DNA of 64,000 nt from Sulfurimonas sp. (GTDB taxonomy: Bacteria > Campylobacterota > Campylobacteria > Campylobacterales > Sulfurimonadaceae): NCBI RefSeq assembly GCF_041563495.1, contig NZ_JBFFMZ010000011.1, forward strand, positions 11,108-75,107, in the 5' to 3' direction. Positions within the stretch are counted from its first letter, which is position 1. Each line of letters starts with the position of its first letter. The notes below the pieces were generated by a model, which ran no database searches, was not told where the DNA came from, and saw nothing but the letters and a program-made list of their open reading frames with translations. The position numbers and the translations under genes were made by a program. Of the stretch, positions 37,143 through 48,879 are shown one piece after another.

Positions 37143-37763
37143 TTACACAATCTTAAAAAATTTTGCAGCTTCTTCTTCGTCATCTGTCAGCTCTTCTCTT
37201 TTAAAGTCAGGATCATTCTCAATCATATCTTTTACTTTAGACTGACAGAATTCAAACAGAACTTTTTTAGCTGACTCATTATCGCTTAAAAAACCAAGAC
37301 CGCTAAACTGATAAGGTTCTTCTTGTTCGATGCAGAGTAAAGTTCCTGCGCATTTTTCTTCTAAAAGTTCAACTAAAGTTCTGTAGCTAATATTAAACTC
37401 AGTTGCATGCCAACCAATATCTTCAAGCTCTGAGTTTGAAAACTCAGCTACACCGTCTGCCGTAGTGTCATCATAAGAAGCTCTTGGAGTATTTACAGCG
37501 ATAAGCTCCTGCCAGTTTGAGAAAGCTTTAATAAGAACTCTTTCTCCGTCTTCAACAAGTTGATAGTTTTTACCAAGTACTGTTTTGAAATCTTCTACTA
37601 TTTCTGGTTTGCCTTTATAAATAAGAATATCACTACTCTCAAATGGTTCGTATCTGATATTTCCGTTTATATCAATTCCAAATATTTTTGACGTGTTTAT
37701 AGCTTGTAGTAAAGTTGCTTTTTCTGTTATGATTATCTCATTAAAAAGATTGAATTTTTTCAT
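37143..37763 (-). CDS. Acidic hypothetical protein
   Basis: 206-aa ORF with coding-like composition. No family recognised. Confidence 0.45.
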   Translation of the reverse strand: MKKFNLFNEIIITEKATLLQAINTSKIFGIDINGNIRYEPFESSDILIYKGKPEIVEDFKTVLGKNYQLVEDGERVLIKAFSNWQELIAVNTPRASYDDTTADGVAEFSNSELEDIGWHATEFNISYRTLVELLEEKCAGTLLCIEQEEPYQFSGLGFLSDNESAKKVLFEFCQSKVKDMIENDPDFKREELTDDEEEAAKFFKIV

Positions 37764-37827
37764 GGTTTCCCCGCATATTTATAAATATTTGTCACATTAT
37801 AAAAGTTTTTGCTTTATTTTAGTATAA

Positions 37828-38901
<1,074 letters not shown>

Positions 38902-38912
38902 AAAACATCAAA

Positions 38913-38977
38913 ATAAGCGCGCATTTACTGCGTTGCTTATCTCGTCACATACTAATGTATGCTTCCTCAATAAGCGC
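38913..38977. repeat. Nested-hairpin intergenic element, copy B, with an alternative upstream pairing arm
   Basis: Outer stem GCTTAT(38935-40)/ATAAGC(38970-75) plus GC/GC closure across a GTT bulge. Inner stem CATAC/GTATG (38948-52/38957-61). An upstream ATAAGC (38913-18) can pair with the same GCTTAT instead. Confidence 0.5.
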
Positions 38978-39017
38978 CTTGTAACTACACACTTCTTTTA
39001 ATTTTTATTTAATAGAC

Positions 39018-40154
39018 CTAAATATCTCCAAAAAACAATTCTAAATTAGCACGAAATATATAGTTGGCATTGTAATCATATTGCTGAGAAAATTCTACTA
39101 ACGGATGTAGCTCGTAAAATATATATTTTTTAAAGAACTGTTGTTTCCAAACTATTCCTGTATCATAATTGTAGATTCCCGGAGCTGGTGTAATATTGTA
39201 TTTTGTATTTGCAGGCGTGCTTGTTTGAGTTTGTGTCTGCCCTTGAAACCCTGTGTATATTTGAAGACCTACAGAGTGTTTTATGGTGCTTAAATAAGAT
39301 AGTTGTGCTGAATAATTCATGCCATCTAGATATGTCTGGGTATATCGACCGAGGGAAAGACGTATTAGCTCTTTTTTATTTTTTAATCGATGGTCAAAAT
39401 AAAGCTTTGTCTCTTCTTTAAACTCATCTTCATAAGAATACTCTACATACTGTATAGGTCGAAAGAGGAGATACTTAAAAGCTATCGGGTATTGCATACG
39501 TAATTTCATGAAAGGGTTGGTTATACCTTTAAAACCGCCAAATACACTCACGTTTAGAACGTCTAAATTATCAAGGACATACTTCACACCGACACTTGTA
39601 GATTTTTCTACATTGCCGTTATTTATTGTATTTGTCTCATCATCTTCATCATCACCGATAAAAAGATAAAGAGCATCTTCTGTTTTTGGGAGTCTTAAAT
39701 TTACACGTATGTTGTTAAAATAATCAAATCCTTCCTTCTGATTTTGTTCAATACCCCATCTTAGCCTTATGTAACTTTTATTTGTAGTATTTAGATATGT
39801 CTCATCTTTGAAAAAATCATCGTATAGGCTTACCATTGAGAAAAGAGAATATGCTTCTTTTTCTTCTTCAATACATTTTTTTACTTCTTTTACGGAGGTG
39901 TTTGTGTCATCTTTTACCCAGTTCTTTACAGTATGGTCCAAATTGCTTGAAAAAATAAGAACTTTTTGCGAAATACTCTTTTGAATATAGTCTAAAGATA
40001 AAAGTCTCTCATATATAGATGGTTCTTTTTTTAAGGCGGCGTCTAAAACTTTAGGGTTTGTGGTACAACTGTTTTTTTGGGATTGAGCGAATAGACTTAT
40101 TGAAAAAAACAAGGTAATTATAACAAGTCTGATCACTAAGCAACTCCCATACAA
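39018..40154 (-). CDS. Secreted hypothetical protein, possibly an outer-membrane beta-barrel
   Basis: 378 aa. Signal peptide (..SISLFAQS). Tyr/Phe/Gly-rich alternating pattern. Confidence 0.45.
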   Translation of the reverse strand: MYGSCLVIRLVIITLFFSISLFAQSQKNSCTTNPKVLDAALKKEPSIYERLLSLDYIQKSISQKVLIFSSNLDHTVKNWVKDDTNTSVKEVKKCIEEEKEAYSLFSMVSLYDDFFKDETYLNTTNKSYIRLRWGIEQNQKEGFDYFNNIRVNLRLPKTEDALYLFIGDDEDDETNTINNGNVEKSTSVGVKYVLDNLDVLNVSVFGGFKGITNPFMKLRMQYPIAFKYLLFRPIQYVEYSYEDEFKEETKLYFDHRLKNKKELIRLSLGRYTQTYLDGMNYSAQLSYLSTIKHSVGLQIYTGFQGQTQTQTSTPANTKYNITPAPGIYNYDTGIVWKQQFFKKYIFYELHPLVEFSQQYDYNANYIFRANLELFFGDI

Positions 40155-40172
40155 AAATAATTATTTCTTATT

Positions 40173-41135
40173 TTACAATAATTTCTGAATCCTGATGATG
40201 GTGGACAATAAAATTGCACCTTTATCAACACCTGAACTTTTCATCTTCAGTTCACTATCGAGTAATAGTTCATGCAGTTTGTAGTAAGTATTTGGTTTAT
40301 ATTTTAGAGATAGAGCAGCTTTTTCATCAACCACGAATTTTGGAGCAGGGTATCCGAGTATCTCAAGAGCGTTTGGTGCTCCATTTACTCTTATGTAGAT
40401 GTTGAACATATAAAGTTGTGTTAAATATGCTGTGAGCGCCGTAATTATTCTTATCTCATCTTCACCATGTTCTAGTATGTTGTTCAAATCTTGAGTAAAA
40501 TCTTTTTTTGAAAGTATCTTTTTAATCATGTCATCCATACTGATTTCTGCAAGACCGGATACCAGTTGCTCTATATCTTTAGTAGTAATAACTTTGTCAT
40601 AAACTTTAAACTTATCTATCTCGTTATATGCAAGTGCCACATCACCGTTATGAATGGTTAAGAGATGCGCTATAGAGTATTTATCCATGTTAACGTTTTT
40701 TTCTTTTACCGCTTCAGATATGATATTTATAGATTCGTGTTGATTAGGATTGAAAAACCTTACACTCATAGTACTTTTTTTACTAAATGCTTTGTTATAA
40801 GTCTTATAATCACTTCCGTAGTAAGCGTAAATAAAAAGATTGTCTTGATTTTTTTCACACAAATCTATAAGGTCATCAAGTTCTTTTTTAGGGACCTTTT
40901 TTTCACTCTTTACAACTAAAATGTTTACCCCGCCAAAAAGTGAAGCCTGTGATAGATGCGCTTTTGCACTTTTAAAGTCATATTCATCATAGTAAAATGT
41001 AAGAGCTGAGGCATCTTCAATGTTACTGAGTTTTTTAGTGTAGTTATCGATAAGAAAACTACTCTCTCCAAAGAATACAAAGCTGTTTGAGATGCTGGAA
41101 TTTTGTATATGCTTGTCTAGCTCAGCTTTATACAT
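40173..41135 (-). CDS. holA: DNA polymerase III delta subunit (putative)
   Basis: 320 aa. The size and N-terminal pattern (SFVFFGESSFLID) fit short campylobacterotal HolA. 8-nt overlap with rnr. Confidence 0.6.
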   Translation of the reverse strand: MYKAELDKHIQNSSISNSFVFFGESSFLIDNYTKKLSNIEDASALTFYYDEYDFKSAKAHLSQASLFGGVNILVVKSEKKVPKKELDDLIDLCEKNQDNLFIYAYYGSDYKTYNKAFSKKSTMSVRFFNPNQHESINIISEAVKEKNVNMDKYSIAHLLTIHNGDVALAYNEIDKFKVYDKVITTKDIEQLVSGLAEISMDDMIKKILSKKDFTQDLNNILEHGEDEIRIITALTAYLTQLYMFNIYIRVNGAPNALEILGYPAPKFVVDEKAALSLKYKPNTYYKLHELLLDSELKMKSSGVDKGAILLSTIIRIQKLL

Positions 41136-43068
41136 CTATATCCTTAATAACATGACCGAATATTTTAGCTTTAGGAATATCAACTTTATCTATAGAGATT
41201 ATGACATCTTGAAAAAGCTGAGCATTCTCTGCTGAAGTAATAAGTACTCTTGCTCCCATAATCTCATCATGTATTTCGGCTTTGTATTCCGGTTCTGTCG
41301 CTGTTATTCTTGCTTTAAACTCTTTGTTTAGATTTTCATTAGCCCAGCGGGCAAATTTTCTATGTTGAAACTCAACTTCAATGCTGCTGGCTTCTCTCTC
41401 TTTTTCACTAATTGTCATACTAAGGGCTTCTATATTTCTAAGAACGTAAGAGCCTTCTTCGGTGTCATTGTTATTTATAGCTTTTAGAAGTCTATGGACG
41501 ATAAGATCTGAGTAACGTCTAATAGGGGAAGTAAAGTGAGTATATGCTTCAAAGCCCAGTCCAAAGTGTCCTGAGTTAAGAGGAGCATATCTTGCTTGCA
41601 TCTGTGAGCGGATAATCAGAGTATCGACTTCTGCTTCTAAACCCATATCTTTTGCTTGTCTCTGTATATCTGAAATAGTCTCTTTTATAGAGTTTTTTAT
41701 ATCGATTGACATGCCGATGCCTGCTAGTTCTTGGTACAATATCTGAAGTTTGGACTGATTTGGTTCTTCATGGATTCTAAAGATTCCTCTGCTGTACTGA
41801 CTTGCAGCCTCTTTGTTTGCTAAGAGCATACAGTCTTCGATAAGAGCATGTGAAGGAGTCTCCTCGGCAAAAGAAGTTGAGACTATATTAGAGTTTTCAT
41901 CAATTTCCATTTCCAATTCAGTTGAGCGGAAATCATAACCTACTTTTAATCTTTTTTCTTTTAGTGCATCGGTAATGGGTCGTAGTTTCTTTATCCAGGC
42001 AAATATCTTTTTTTCTGTATTATTCTTAGCGTCTAGTTTACTATCAAAAAAATCATCTATCTCTTCATAATTAAATCTTCTTTGAGAATGAATAATCGCT
42101 TCATATACTTTAGATTTGGTCACCTCAAGAGAGTCTAAATCAAGCTTCATCTCAAAGACATAAGAGAGTCTATCTACATGAGGCTGAAGTGAACATAGAG
42201 TCTCACTTAGTTGACGCGGAAGCATAGGAATAGAACGATGAGGAAGATATATAGAAAAACTTCTGTATATCGCTTCATTATCAATGGTACCAAAAGGTTT
42301 TACGTATTCACTAACATCTGCAATTGCTACGTAGAGAGTAGTGTTTTCATCATCCCAGTATATAGCATCATCATAATCTTTTGCAGTTATAGGATCTATC
42401 GTGCAAAACAATAATTTTCTTAGATCAACTCTATTTGGATACTTGGAAGCATCTACTTCTTCAAATGAGGTAGCCACTTTTAAAACTTCTTCATCAAATT
42501 CGTCATGTTTGTTAAATTGTGCAAGAACAATCTTTTCATCAACCAAAGGATCTTTTAAATTTCCAAGTTTTTCCATTATAAAATTTTCTTGATTGTTGAT
42601 TTTGAAAACATCGTCTTCCTCGTAAGAGTCCAGTTCTTTTTGAGTAAGTTCAACTCCGGCAGGGTAATCAGTCTTTAAATCAACTAAAGCCTTTCTTCCA
42701 TCCTTTAAGATAATATATCCTACGCTGTAAGTTTGTGCTCGACCTACTATTTCAGCAATTTTTGCACTAGGAGTTCCACGTTTACCAAGAAGTCTTTGGG
42801 CAATAATGAGATCACCCTCTTTGGCATCTCCTAAATCACCTTCACCTATAAACAAGTCTCGGACATTTTCACCGATGACATTTAAATATGCTGTGTCTTT
42901 TTGAACAAGGCCAAGTGTACCCGCACGATATTTAGAATTGAATTTATAGATATTACCTTTTTTGGTAATATATTTTTTTGTCAGAAAATTGTTTATGTGT
43001 TCTTGTTCATCAGGGCTTATGTCTTGCTCACTCAAACCGAGAGTGAGCCGAATTAGTAGAGATTTCAA
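41128..43068 (-). CDS. rnr: Ribonuclease R (RNB family exoribonuclease)
   Basis: 646 aa. RNB catalytic region (TIDPITAKDYDDAIY, SPIRRYSDLIVHR) and a C-terminal S1-like domain. Confidence 0.9.
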   Translation of the reverse strand: MKSLLIRLTLGLSEQDISPDEQEHINNFLTKKYITKKGNIYKFNSKYRAGTLGLVQKDTAYLNVIGENVRDLFIGEGDLGDAKEGDLIIAQRLLGKRGTPSAKIAEIVGRAQTYSVGYIILKDGRKALVDLKTDYPAGVELTQKELDSYEEDDVFKINNQENFIMEKLGNLKDPLVDEKIVLAQFNKHDEFDEEVLKVATSFEEVDASKYPNRVDLRKLLFCTIDPITAKDYDDAIYWDDENTTLYVAIADVSEYVKPFGTIDNEAIYRSFSIYLPHRSIPMLPRQLSETLCSLQPHVDRLSYVFEMKLDLDSLEVTKSKVYEAIIHSQRRFNYEEIDDFFDSKLDAKNNTEKKIFAWIKKLRPITDALKEKRLKVGYDFRSTELEMEIDENSNIVSTSFAEETPSHALIEDCMLLANKEAASQYSRGIFRIHEEPNQSKLQILYQELAGIGMSIDIKNSIKETISDIQRQAKDMGLEAEVDTLIIRSQMQARYAPLNSGHFGLGFEAYTHFTSPIRRYSDLIVHRLLKAINNNDTEEGSYVLRNIEALSMTISEKEREASSIEVEFQHRKFARWANENLNKEFKARITATEPEYKAEIHDEIMGARVLITSAENAQLFQDVIISIDKVDIPKAKIFGHVIKDIDV

Positions 43069-43075
43069 AGAAGGG

Positions 43076-43876
43076 TTATCTAGCGTTTTCTATAGCTTTA
43101 TCAAAGCTTTCCATATCAAGGTCATATTTTATAACCAACTCTTTAGCTGCTTGAACACTTTCGTCTGTAATAACTCCGTTAATCGGAACTACAGTACGAA
43201 CAACATGTAAGATTTTTGCTGCTCTTTGATCTTCTTCATCTGCTTTTTCAGGGTTTAGACAGTTAGCAATAGTATCAACTAACCCTTCTTCAAATCTCCA
43301 ATGTTTGAAGATTGTAGCACTGACTTCCGGTGTATCTGCGCCTACAACTTTTCTCTCGGCAGCTTCAACATCTTGAAGTTCTACAAGAGCATCTCTAAAA
43401 GCTTGCTGAGCGTTTTCTGCAATGATTTGTTGGGCAATTAGAACTTTGCCGATTTCAACAAGAAATGCAGCAGGAGATAAAACACCTAATAGTTTGTTTT
43501 CTTTTCTAATGCACCATGCAGTCATGATACCATGCTGTTTTTTGGACAATGCCGAAAACATGTCGTTGTCAATTCCGTAAGGAGAAAGGTCAAGCGCAAA
43601 ACTCTTTTTTACAATACTAGCAAGCGCAAAACCACGAACCGTACCCATACCAAATAAACCAACAGCCTGAGAGATAGCATTTATTTCACGGGAAAAACCA
43701 TAAAGCGGAGAATTTGCAGCTTTTAAAATATCGGCAGTCAAAAGAGGATCTTTTTCTAAAATTTTAACCATATCGTTAAAACTGCTGTCAGGGTCTTGAT
43801 AAACAGCCTCAATTTGCATAGCAGATTCTGGAAGTGGCGGAAGTTGTTTGATTTTTTTTAGTATATCATCAGTCAT
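43076..43876 (-). CDS. HDOD domain protein
   Basis: 266 aa. LPPLPESAMQI..ILEKDPLLTADILKAANSPLYGFSREINAISQAVGLFG is a typical HDOD signature. Confidence 0.85.
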   Translation of the reverse strand: MTDDILKKIKQLPPLPESAMQIEAVYQDPDSSFNDMVKILEKDPLLTADILKAANSPLYGFSREINAISQAVGLFGMGTVRGFALASIVKKSFALDLSPYGIDNDMFSALSKKQHGIMTAWCIRKENKLLGVLSPAAFLVEIGKVLIAQQIIAENAQQAFRDALVELQDVEAAERKVVGADTPEVSATIFKHWRFEEGLVDTIANCLNPEKADEEDQRAAKILHVVRTVVPINGVITDESVQAAKELVIKYDLDMESFDKAIENAR

Positions 43877-43975
43877 AGTACTCTCTTTGTTTGATATTAA
43901 GTTATTCTCATAATTATAACTTAATATTTACAAAAAACTGTTATTATTTTCTCATAAATATGAAAAAGGACGAAC

Positions 43976-44302
43976 ATGCAAAGAGAAGCAATGCTCACAC
44001 AATTAGGTTATGCACCAAATGGTGCTCTTGTTAACCAACTGGAAAGAATAGAAAAGAATACATCGGGGTATGAGAAGATTCAGAAACATATAATGGATTT
44101 GCATGATCATTTAAAAGTTGACGGTTCGTATGTGGCTTTATCAAACTCAAACGATTATTTTAAAATAAAAGTAGAAGCTCCAAGTGTAGAGATTGCTGAA
44201 GAAGCGCATGAAAAAATAAAGCACTTTAGCGATAAATTTAAAGTTACTTTGAATAAATTAGAAAATAAAGAGACTTACTATATTCTAGGTTTTCATCATT
44301 AA
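43976..44302 (+). CDS. Hypothetical protein
   Basis: 108-aa ORF directly upstream of greA. No family recognised. Confidence 0.45.
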   Translation: MQREAMLTQLGYAPNGALVNQLERIEKNTSGYEKIQKHIMDLHDHLKVDGSYVALSNSNDYFKIKVEAPSVEIAEEAHEKIKHFSDKFKVTLNKLENKETYYILGFHH

Positions 44303-44311
44303 GGCTATTGC

Positions 44312-44836
44312 TTGAAAGAGCCGATGAGTATAGAAGGTTACGATCTTTTGGTGGAAGAGTTTAAGTTCTTGCTTGAAGTTGAGAAACCTAAGACTGCAGA
44401 AGAAAAACTTGTAGCGGCAGCGCAGGGTGATAGAAGTGAAAATGCTGACTATCATGCTGCTAAAGAAAAACTGCGTTTTATAGATAGAAGACTTTTTTAT
44501 CTTAACTCTATGATTCAAAAATCACAAATCATAGACCCGTCGTCTTATGAACATACCAAAGTCAGTTTTGGAAGTACGGTTAAAATATTAAACATTGAAA
44601 CAGACAAAGAAGAGGTGTATACCATTTGCGGTGTTTTGGAAAGTGAACCGGAAAATGGACTTATTTCCATACATTCTCCTATAGCAAAAGCTTTGATAGG
44701 AAAAGAAGTTGATGATGATTTTAAGATAAAGCTTCCAAAGGGTACAAAAGAGTATGAAATCCTTGAAATAGAGTATAAAAACATCTTTAGCCTGAAGAAA
44801 AATATACGCACAAAAGAAGACTTTGCCTTTCATTAA
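44312..44836 (+). CDS. greA: Transcription elongation factor GreA
   Basis: TTG start. KEPMSIEGYDLL N-terminus, GDRSENADYHAAKE acidic-finger motif, C-terminal FKBP-like domain. Confidence 0.9.
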   Translation: MKEPMSIEGYDLLVEEFKFLLEVEKPKTAEEKLVAAAQGDRSENADYHAAKEKLRFIDRRLFYLNSMIQKSQIIDPSSYEHTKVSFGSTVKILNIETDKEEVYTICGVLESEPENGLISIHSPIAKALIGKEVDDDFKIKLPKGTKEYEILEIEYKNIFSLKKNIRTKEDFAFH

Positions 44837-44907
44837 AATTCTTATTAGAACAAATTAGATATAATCCCCCTTTAAAAACCAAAAAATTTAATTTTTAGGA
44901 TTCATCC

Positions 44908-47124
44908 GTGAGCCAACAACTAGAAAACATCGAAGAACAATTAGCAAATCATAAGCTTTCCTCAGAAGATTATGCACATATCAAAGAGATTTTAAAACGT
45001 GAACCAAATTTGGTAGAGCTAGGCATCTTCTCAGCAATGTGGAGTGAACATTGTAGTTACAAATCATCTAAGATTCACTTGAATGGTTTTCCGACTAAAG
45101 CTCCGTGGGTTATCCAAGGACCCGGTGAAAATGCCGGTGTAATTGATATTGGTGATGGATATGCAGCTGTATTTAAGATGGAGTCACACAATCATCCAAG
45201 TTTTATAGAACCTTATCAAGGTGCTGCTACAGGTGTTGGCGGAATAATGCGTGACGTATTTACTATGGGTGCCCGTCCGGTTGCAAACTTGAATGCTCTT
45301 AGATTCGGTAATGTTTTAAATGATGACAAGACTTCTGCTCATCAACGTTATTTGGTACGTGGTGTAACTGAGGGAATCGGTGGTTACGGAAACTGTATGG
45401 GTGTTCCTACTATTGGCGGTGAGACAAGTTTTGATGAGTGTTACAATGGAAATATCCTTGTAAATGCTTTTACACTAGGTATTGCAAAATCTGATGAGAT
45501 CTTTTACGGAAAAGCTGAAGGTACAGGAAACCCCGTAATGTATGTCGGTGCAAAAACTGGTAGAGACGGACTTGGCGGAGCTGTGATGTCGTCTGATAGT
45601 TTTACAGAAGAGTCAAAATCTCTTCGTCCTACAGTTCAGGTGGGTGACCCGTTTACGGAAAAACTTTTACTAGAAGCTTGTTTGGAGCTTTTTAAAACTG
45701 ACCATGTTATAGGTATTCAAGATATGGGAGCTGCCGGTCTTACTTCTTCTTCATTTGAGATGGCAGGTCGTTCAGGTTCAGGGATGATTATGCATCTGGA
45801 TAAAGTTCCTGCTCGTGAAGAAAATATGACTCCTTATGACTTTATGCTTTCAGAGTCTCAAGAGCGTATGCTTCTTTGTGCTAAAAAAGGCTCAGAACAG
45901 GCAATTATAGATATTTTTGAAAAATGGGACTTAGATGCTGCAGTGGTAGGTGAAGTTACTGATACAGGAAATATGGAACTTTTCTGGCACGGTGAGAAGG
46001 TCGCTGAGGTTCCTGTTGACCCTGTCAGCGAAGAAGCCCCTGTATTAAACCGTCCTATGAGTAAACCTGCATACTTAGATGCACTGCAAAGCGTTACTAT
46101 AAACGATTTTGACAAAGTCTCAAATCAAGAAGCATTTGAGACATTGACTAAGTCTATGGAAGTTGTGGATAAAGCCTGGATATATACTCAGTATGACTCA
46201 ATGGTACAGACAAATACTATTAAAAACGGCGGTATGTTGGACGCATCTGTTATTCGTGTAAAAGAAAACGGAAAAGCTCTTGCTATGAGTGCTGATTGTA
46301 ATGTTCGTTATTGTTACATAGACCCTAAAGGCGGCGGTGCTGCTGCTGTAATTGAGAGCGGTAGAAATGTTGCGATGAGTGGAGCAAGACCTTTAGCTAT
46401 TACAGATTGTCTTAACTACGGTAATCCTGAAAACCCTGAAGTTATGTGGCAGTTTGGTCAAGGTTGTCTGGGTATCAAAGAAGCTTGTGCCGAACTTACG
46501 ACTCCGGTTATCGGCGGTAACGTTTCACTTTACAATGAGACAAACGGCGTATCTGTTTTCCCGACACCTTCAATTGCTACGGTCGGTGTAAACGATGATC
46601 AAAATAATGTTTTGATGTCATCTTTTCAAGGTGAGGGTAATGCACTTTACTTAGTAGGTGAGTCTAAATCAGAATTTGGCGGGTCACTTTATATGAAAGA
46701 GATTTGCCATACTGTTGCAGGAACTCTGCCTGAGATTAATTATAAAAATGAGCTAGCTCTTTGGGATTTAGTAATCGAAGGTAACAAGAAAAACTTACTA
46801 GAGTGTGCTAAAGATGCAAGCAGTGGCGGTGTTGCAATCGCACTGGCTAAAATGTCTGCTACATCAGGTTTAGGTTGTGATGTTGAGATGAGTGTATCTG
46901 ATGAGAGAGATATTTTTGCAGAATCTATGTCAAGAGCAATCATAGAAGTTAAACCTGAAAATTGTGAAGCTTTTGAATCAATGCTTGATGAGTCAATGGC
47001 TTGTGAAAAAATCGGGACTGTCGGTGGAGATACTATCAGAGTAAATGATGTAGCTATGAGCATGGATGAGTTAAAAGATAACTATTTCAACACATTTAAA
47101 AGAGTTATTGAGAGAGATCTGTAA
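44908..47124 (+). CDS. purL: Phosphoribosylformylglycinamidine synthase subunit PurL
   Basis: 738 aa, GTG start. ESHNHPS motif and duplicated AIRS domains. Confidence 0.95.
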   Translation: MSQQLENIEEQLANHKLSSEDYAHIKEILKREPNLVELGIFSAMWSEHCSYKSSKIHLNGFPTKAPWVIQGPGENAGVIDIGDGYAAVFKMESHNHPSFIEPYQGAATGVGGIMRDVFTMGARPVANLNALRFGNVLNDDKTSAHQRYLVRGVTEGIGGYGNCMGVPTIGGETSFDECYNGNILVNAFTLGIAKSDEIFYGKAEGTGNPVMYVGAKTGRDGLGGAVMSSDSFTEESKSLRPTVQVGDPFTEKLLLEACLELFKTDHVIGIQDMGAAGLTSSSFEMAGRSGSGMIMHLDKVPAREENMTPYDFMLSESQERMLLCAKKGSEQAIIDIFEKWDLDAAVVGEVTDTGNMELFWHGEKVAEVPVDPVSEEAPVLNRPMSKPAYLDALQSVTINDFDKVSNQEAFETLTKSMEVVDKAWIYTQYDSMVQTNTIKNGGMLDASVIRVKENGKALAMSADCNVRYCYIDPKGGGAAAVIESGRNVAMSGARPLAITDCLNYGNPENPEVMWQFGQGCLGIKEACAELTTPVIGGNVSLYNETNGVSVFPTPSIATVGVNDDQNNVLMSSFQGEGNALYLVGESKSEFGGSLYMKEICHTVAGTLPEINYKNELALWDLVIEGNKKNLLECAKDASSGGVAIALAKMSATSGLGCDVEMSVSDERDIFAESMSRAIIEVKPENCEAFESMLDESMACEKIGTVGGDTIRVNDVAMSMDELKDNYFNTFKRVIERDL

Positions 47125-47131
47125 GCTCTCT

Positions 47132-48415
47132 TTACATTATTCTACCAAGAGAAAAAGGGAACTCACTCTCTTTGTTCTCTTGAGCTTCTCCCTTGGCAAT
47201 TTCAAAACACTTTTCACTGTTTTTTTCTACAACTTTAACTATATTTTCATCAAGTTTTCCACTATCGGTAAATTCATTAAGTATGTCTAAAACTTTTTCT
47301 AATGTCATGCCTTTTCTGTATGGTCTGTCTTGAACTAATGCCTGAAATATATCTGCGACAGCTATAATACGTGCTTCAACACTTAAATCTTTTTCACTTG
47401 GATGAAATGGATAGCCTGCTCCATTTAGCCCTTCATGGTGAAAAGCAGCCCAAGATGAAATCTCGCCTAAACCATCTATATGACGTAATATTTCATATGT
47501 TTCATAGCTGTGTTGGTCCATTATAGAACGTTCTATATCTGTTAGTTTTCCAGGTTTTTCCAAGATATCGTCAGGTGTTCTTAGTTTGCCGATATCGTGT
47601 AAAAATCCGGCAATTTCCACTTTTTGGCACTGCTCATCAGATAGACCGTATATAGAAGAGATATATTTTGCCAAGCTGCCGACTCTGGCTGAGTGTTGAG
47701 CTGTAAAAGGACTTTTTTGGTCTACTATATATGCCAGTATTAACGAGAGCTGTTTTATCTGAGATATAGTTATTATACTGCTACTTTCAAATTGCCCCAT
47801 GTCCCAAGTATAACGTGTAATATGTCTATCTTCTAGTGCTATCCAAAATGCTTCCGATCTTTCAATTTTTAAAAATGCATCCACCAGTTTAGGATCAAAA
47901 AATGTACCGCTGCAATCTTGGATATGCTTTACTATTGTTGTTTTTGCTAATAGTATGTCTGAACCGTAATGTGAAGCGGCAGTTACATCAATTCTGTCAG
48001 AGAGAAATATGAGGTTTGCCATTCTTGCATCATATGTGCTAATATTTATATTTTTTAACTCTTCAAAAAAAGTATGATGATAACGAATGGGTATGGCAAA
48101 CTTTGAAAGAGGATCAAAGTTTTTTAGCAGGTTGTAACCTATTTCGCAGTGTATATGTGCATCTTCCCAGTCAAAGTGATTTACAAGGCTGCTATGCATC
48201 TGTTGTGTTGAAACACCACAGTCATGCAAAAGACCAAGCTCAAATATATATTGGGTGTCTTGTTCGCTGAATCCTAGATTATGTGCGATCTGACTTGCTA
48301 TATAAGCGACACGTTTGCCGTGGTTAGTATCATTCATGCCTACTAAATCAACAGCTGTCTCAATTGCTAAAATCATTTGCCTGAGATCTATTTGTAATTC
48401 TTTGAAAGACTTCAT
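47132..48415 (-). CDS. Tandem HD-domain protein with a C-terminal HD-GYP c-di-GMP phosphodiesterase domain
   Basis: 427 aa. N-terminal HD-like domain (GLLHDCG). C-terminal HD-GYP domain (GFLHDIGK, HHEGLNGAGYP). Confidence 0.85.
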   Translation of the reverse strand: MKSFKELQIDLRQMILAIETAVDLVGMNDTNHGKRVAYIASQIAHNLGFSEQDTQYIFELGLLHDCGVSTQQMHSSLVNHFDWEDAHIHCEIGYNLLKNFDPLSKFAIPIRYHHTFFEELKNINISTYDARMANLIFLSDRIDVTAASHYGSDILLAKTTIVKHIQDCSGTFFDPKLVDAFLKIERSEAFWIALEDRHITRYTWDMGQFESSSIITISQIKQLSLILAYIVDQKSPFTAQHSARVGSLAKYISSIYGLSDEQCQKVEIAGFLHDIGKLRTPDDILEKPGKLTDIERSIMDQHSYETYEILRHIDGLGEISSWAAFHHEGLNGAGYPFHPSEKDLSVEARIIAVADIFQALVQDRPYRKGMTLEKVLDILNEFTDSGKLDENIVKVVEKNSEKCFEIAKGEAQENKESEFPFSLGRIM

Positions 48416-48581
48416 TTTGATGCCTTTTTATAGATAAATTTAGAATATAATATCATAAAATATTATATAATGTCTATATTATCATAGTTTTAATAGCATA
48501 TTTTTAAGGTGGGCAAGGGTGACTCTATGTAGTTTTTGAGTCAAAATCTAAGTTTGTAGGGTAACTTTATATAAAAGAGTT

Positions 48582-48806
48582 TTAGCCGACTCTTTGTAAA
48601 TTTACATACCAGTCATCATTGAAATATCTTAGTTTAGTAGATAGTTTTATGTCTACATAGTTGTCATACACTTTTAGTGATTCTATGCATTCTTGTGGTA
48701 CTTCGAGATCTTCTAAGACATATTCTTCTATTAAATTCATATTTAGATTATCATCATAATCAAGATTAAGATAATCTGTGTGTATCTTGAACTCTCTTGT
48801 TTTCAT
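48582..48806 (-). CDS. Small acidic hypothetical protein
   Basis: 74-aa ORF in an intergenic-sized gap. Weak support. Confidence 0.35.
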   Translation of the reverse strand: MKTREFKIHTDYLNLDYDDNLNMNLIEEYVLEDLEVPQECIESLKVYDNYVDIKLSTKLRYFNDDWYVNLQRVG

Positions 48807-48879
48807 GTTATATATCCTTACTTCTTTGGTTGCGTGATTTTAGTATTAAAATATAACAATATAATTACAAAATATGATA

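Noticed and set aside
37143-37763. Acidic 206-aa protein as an immunity or anti-toxin-like factor
   Set aside because: It rests only on the acidic composition. There is no partner toxin gene or motif, so it is left as hypothetical.
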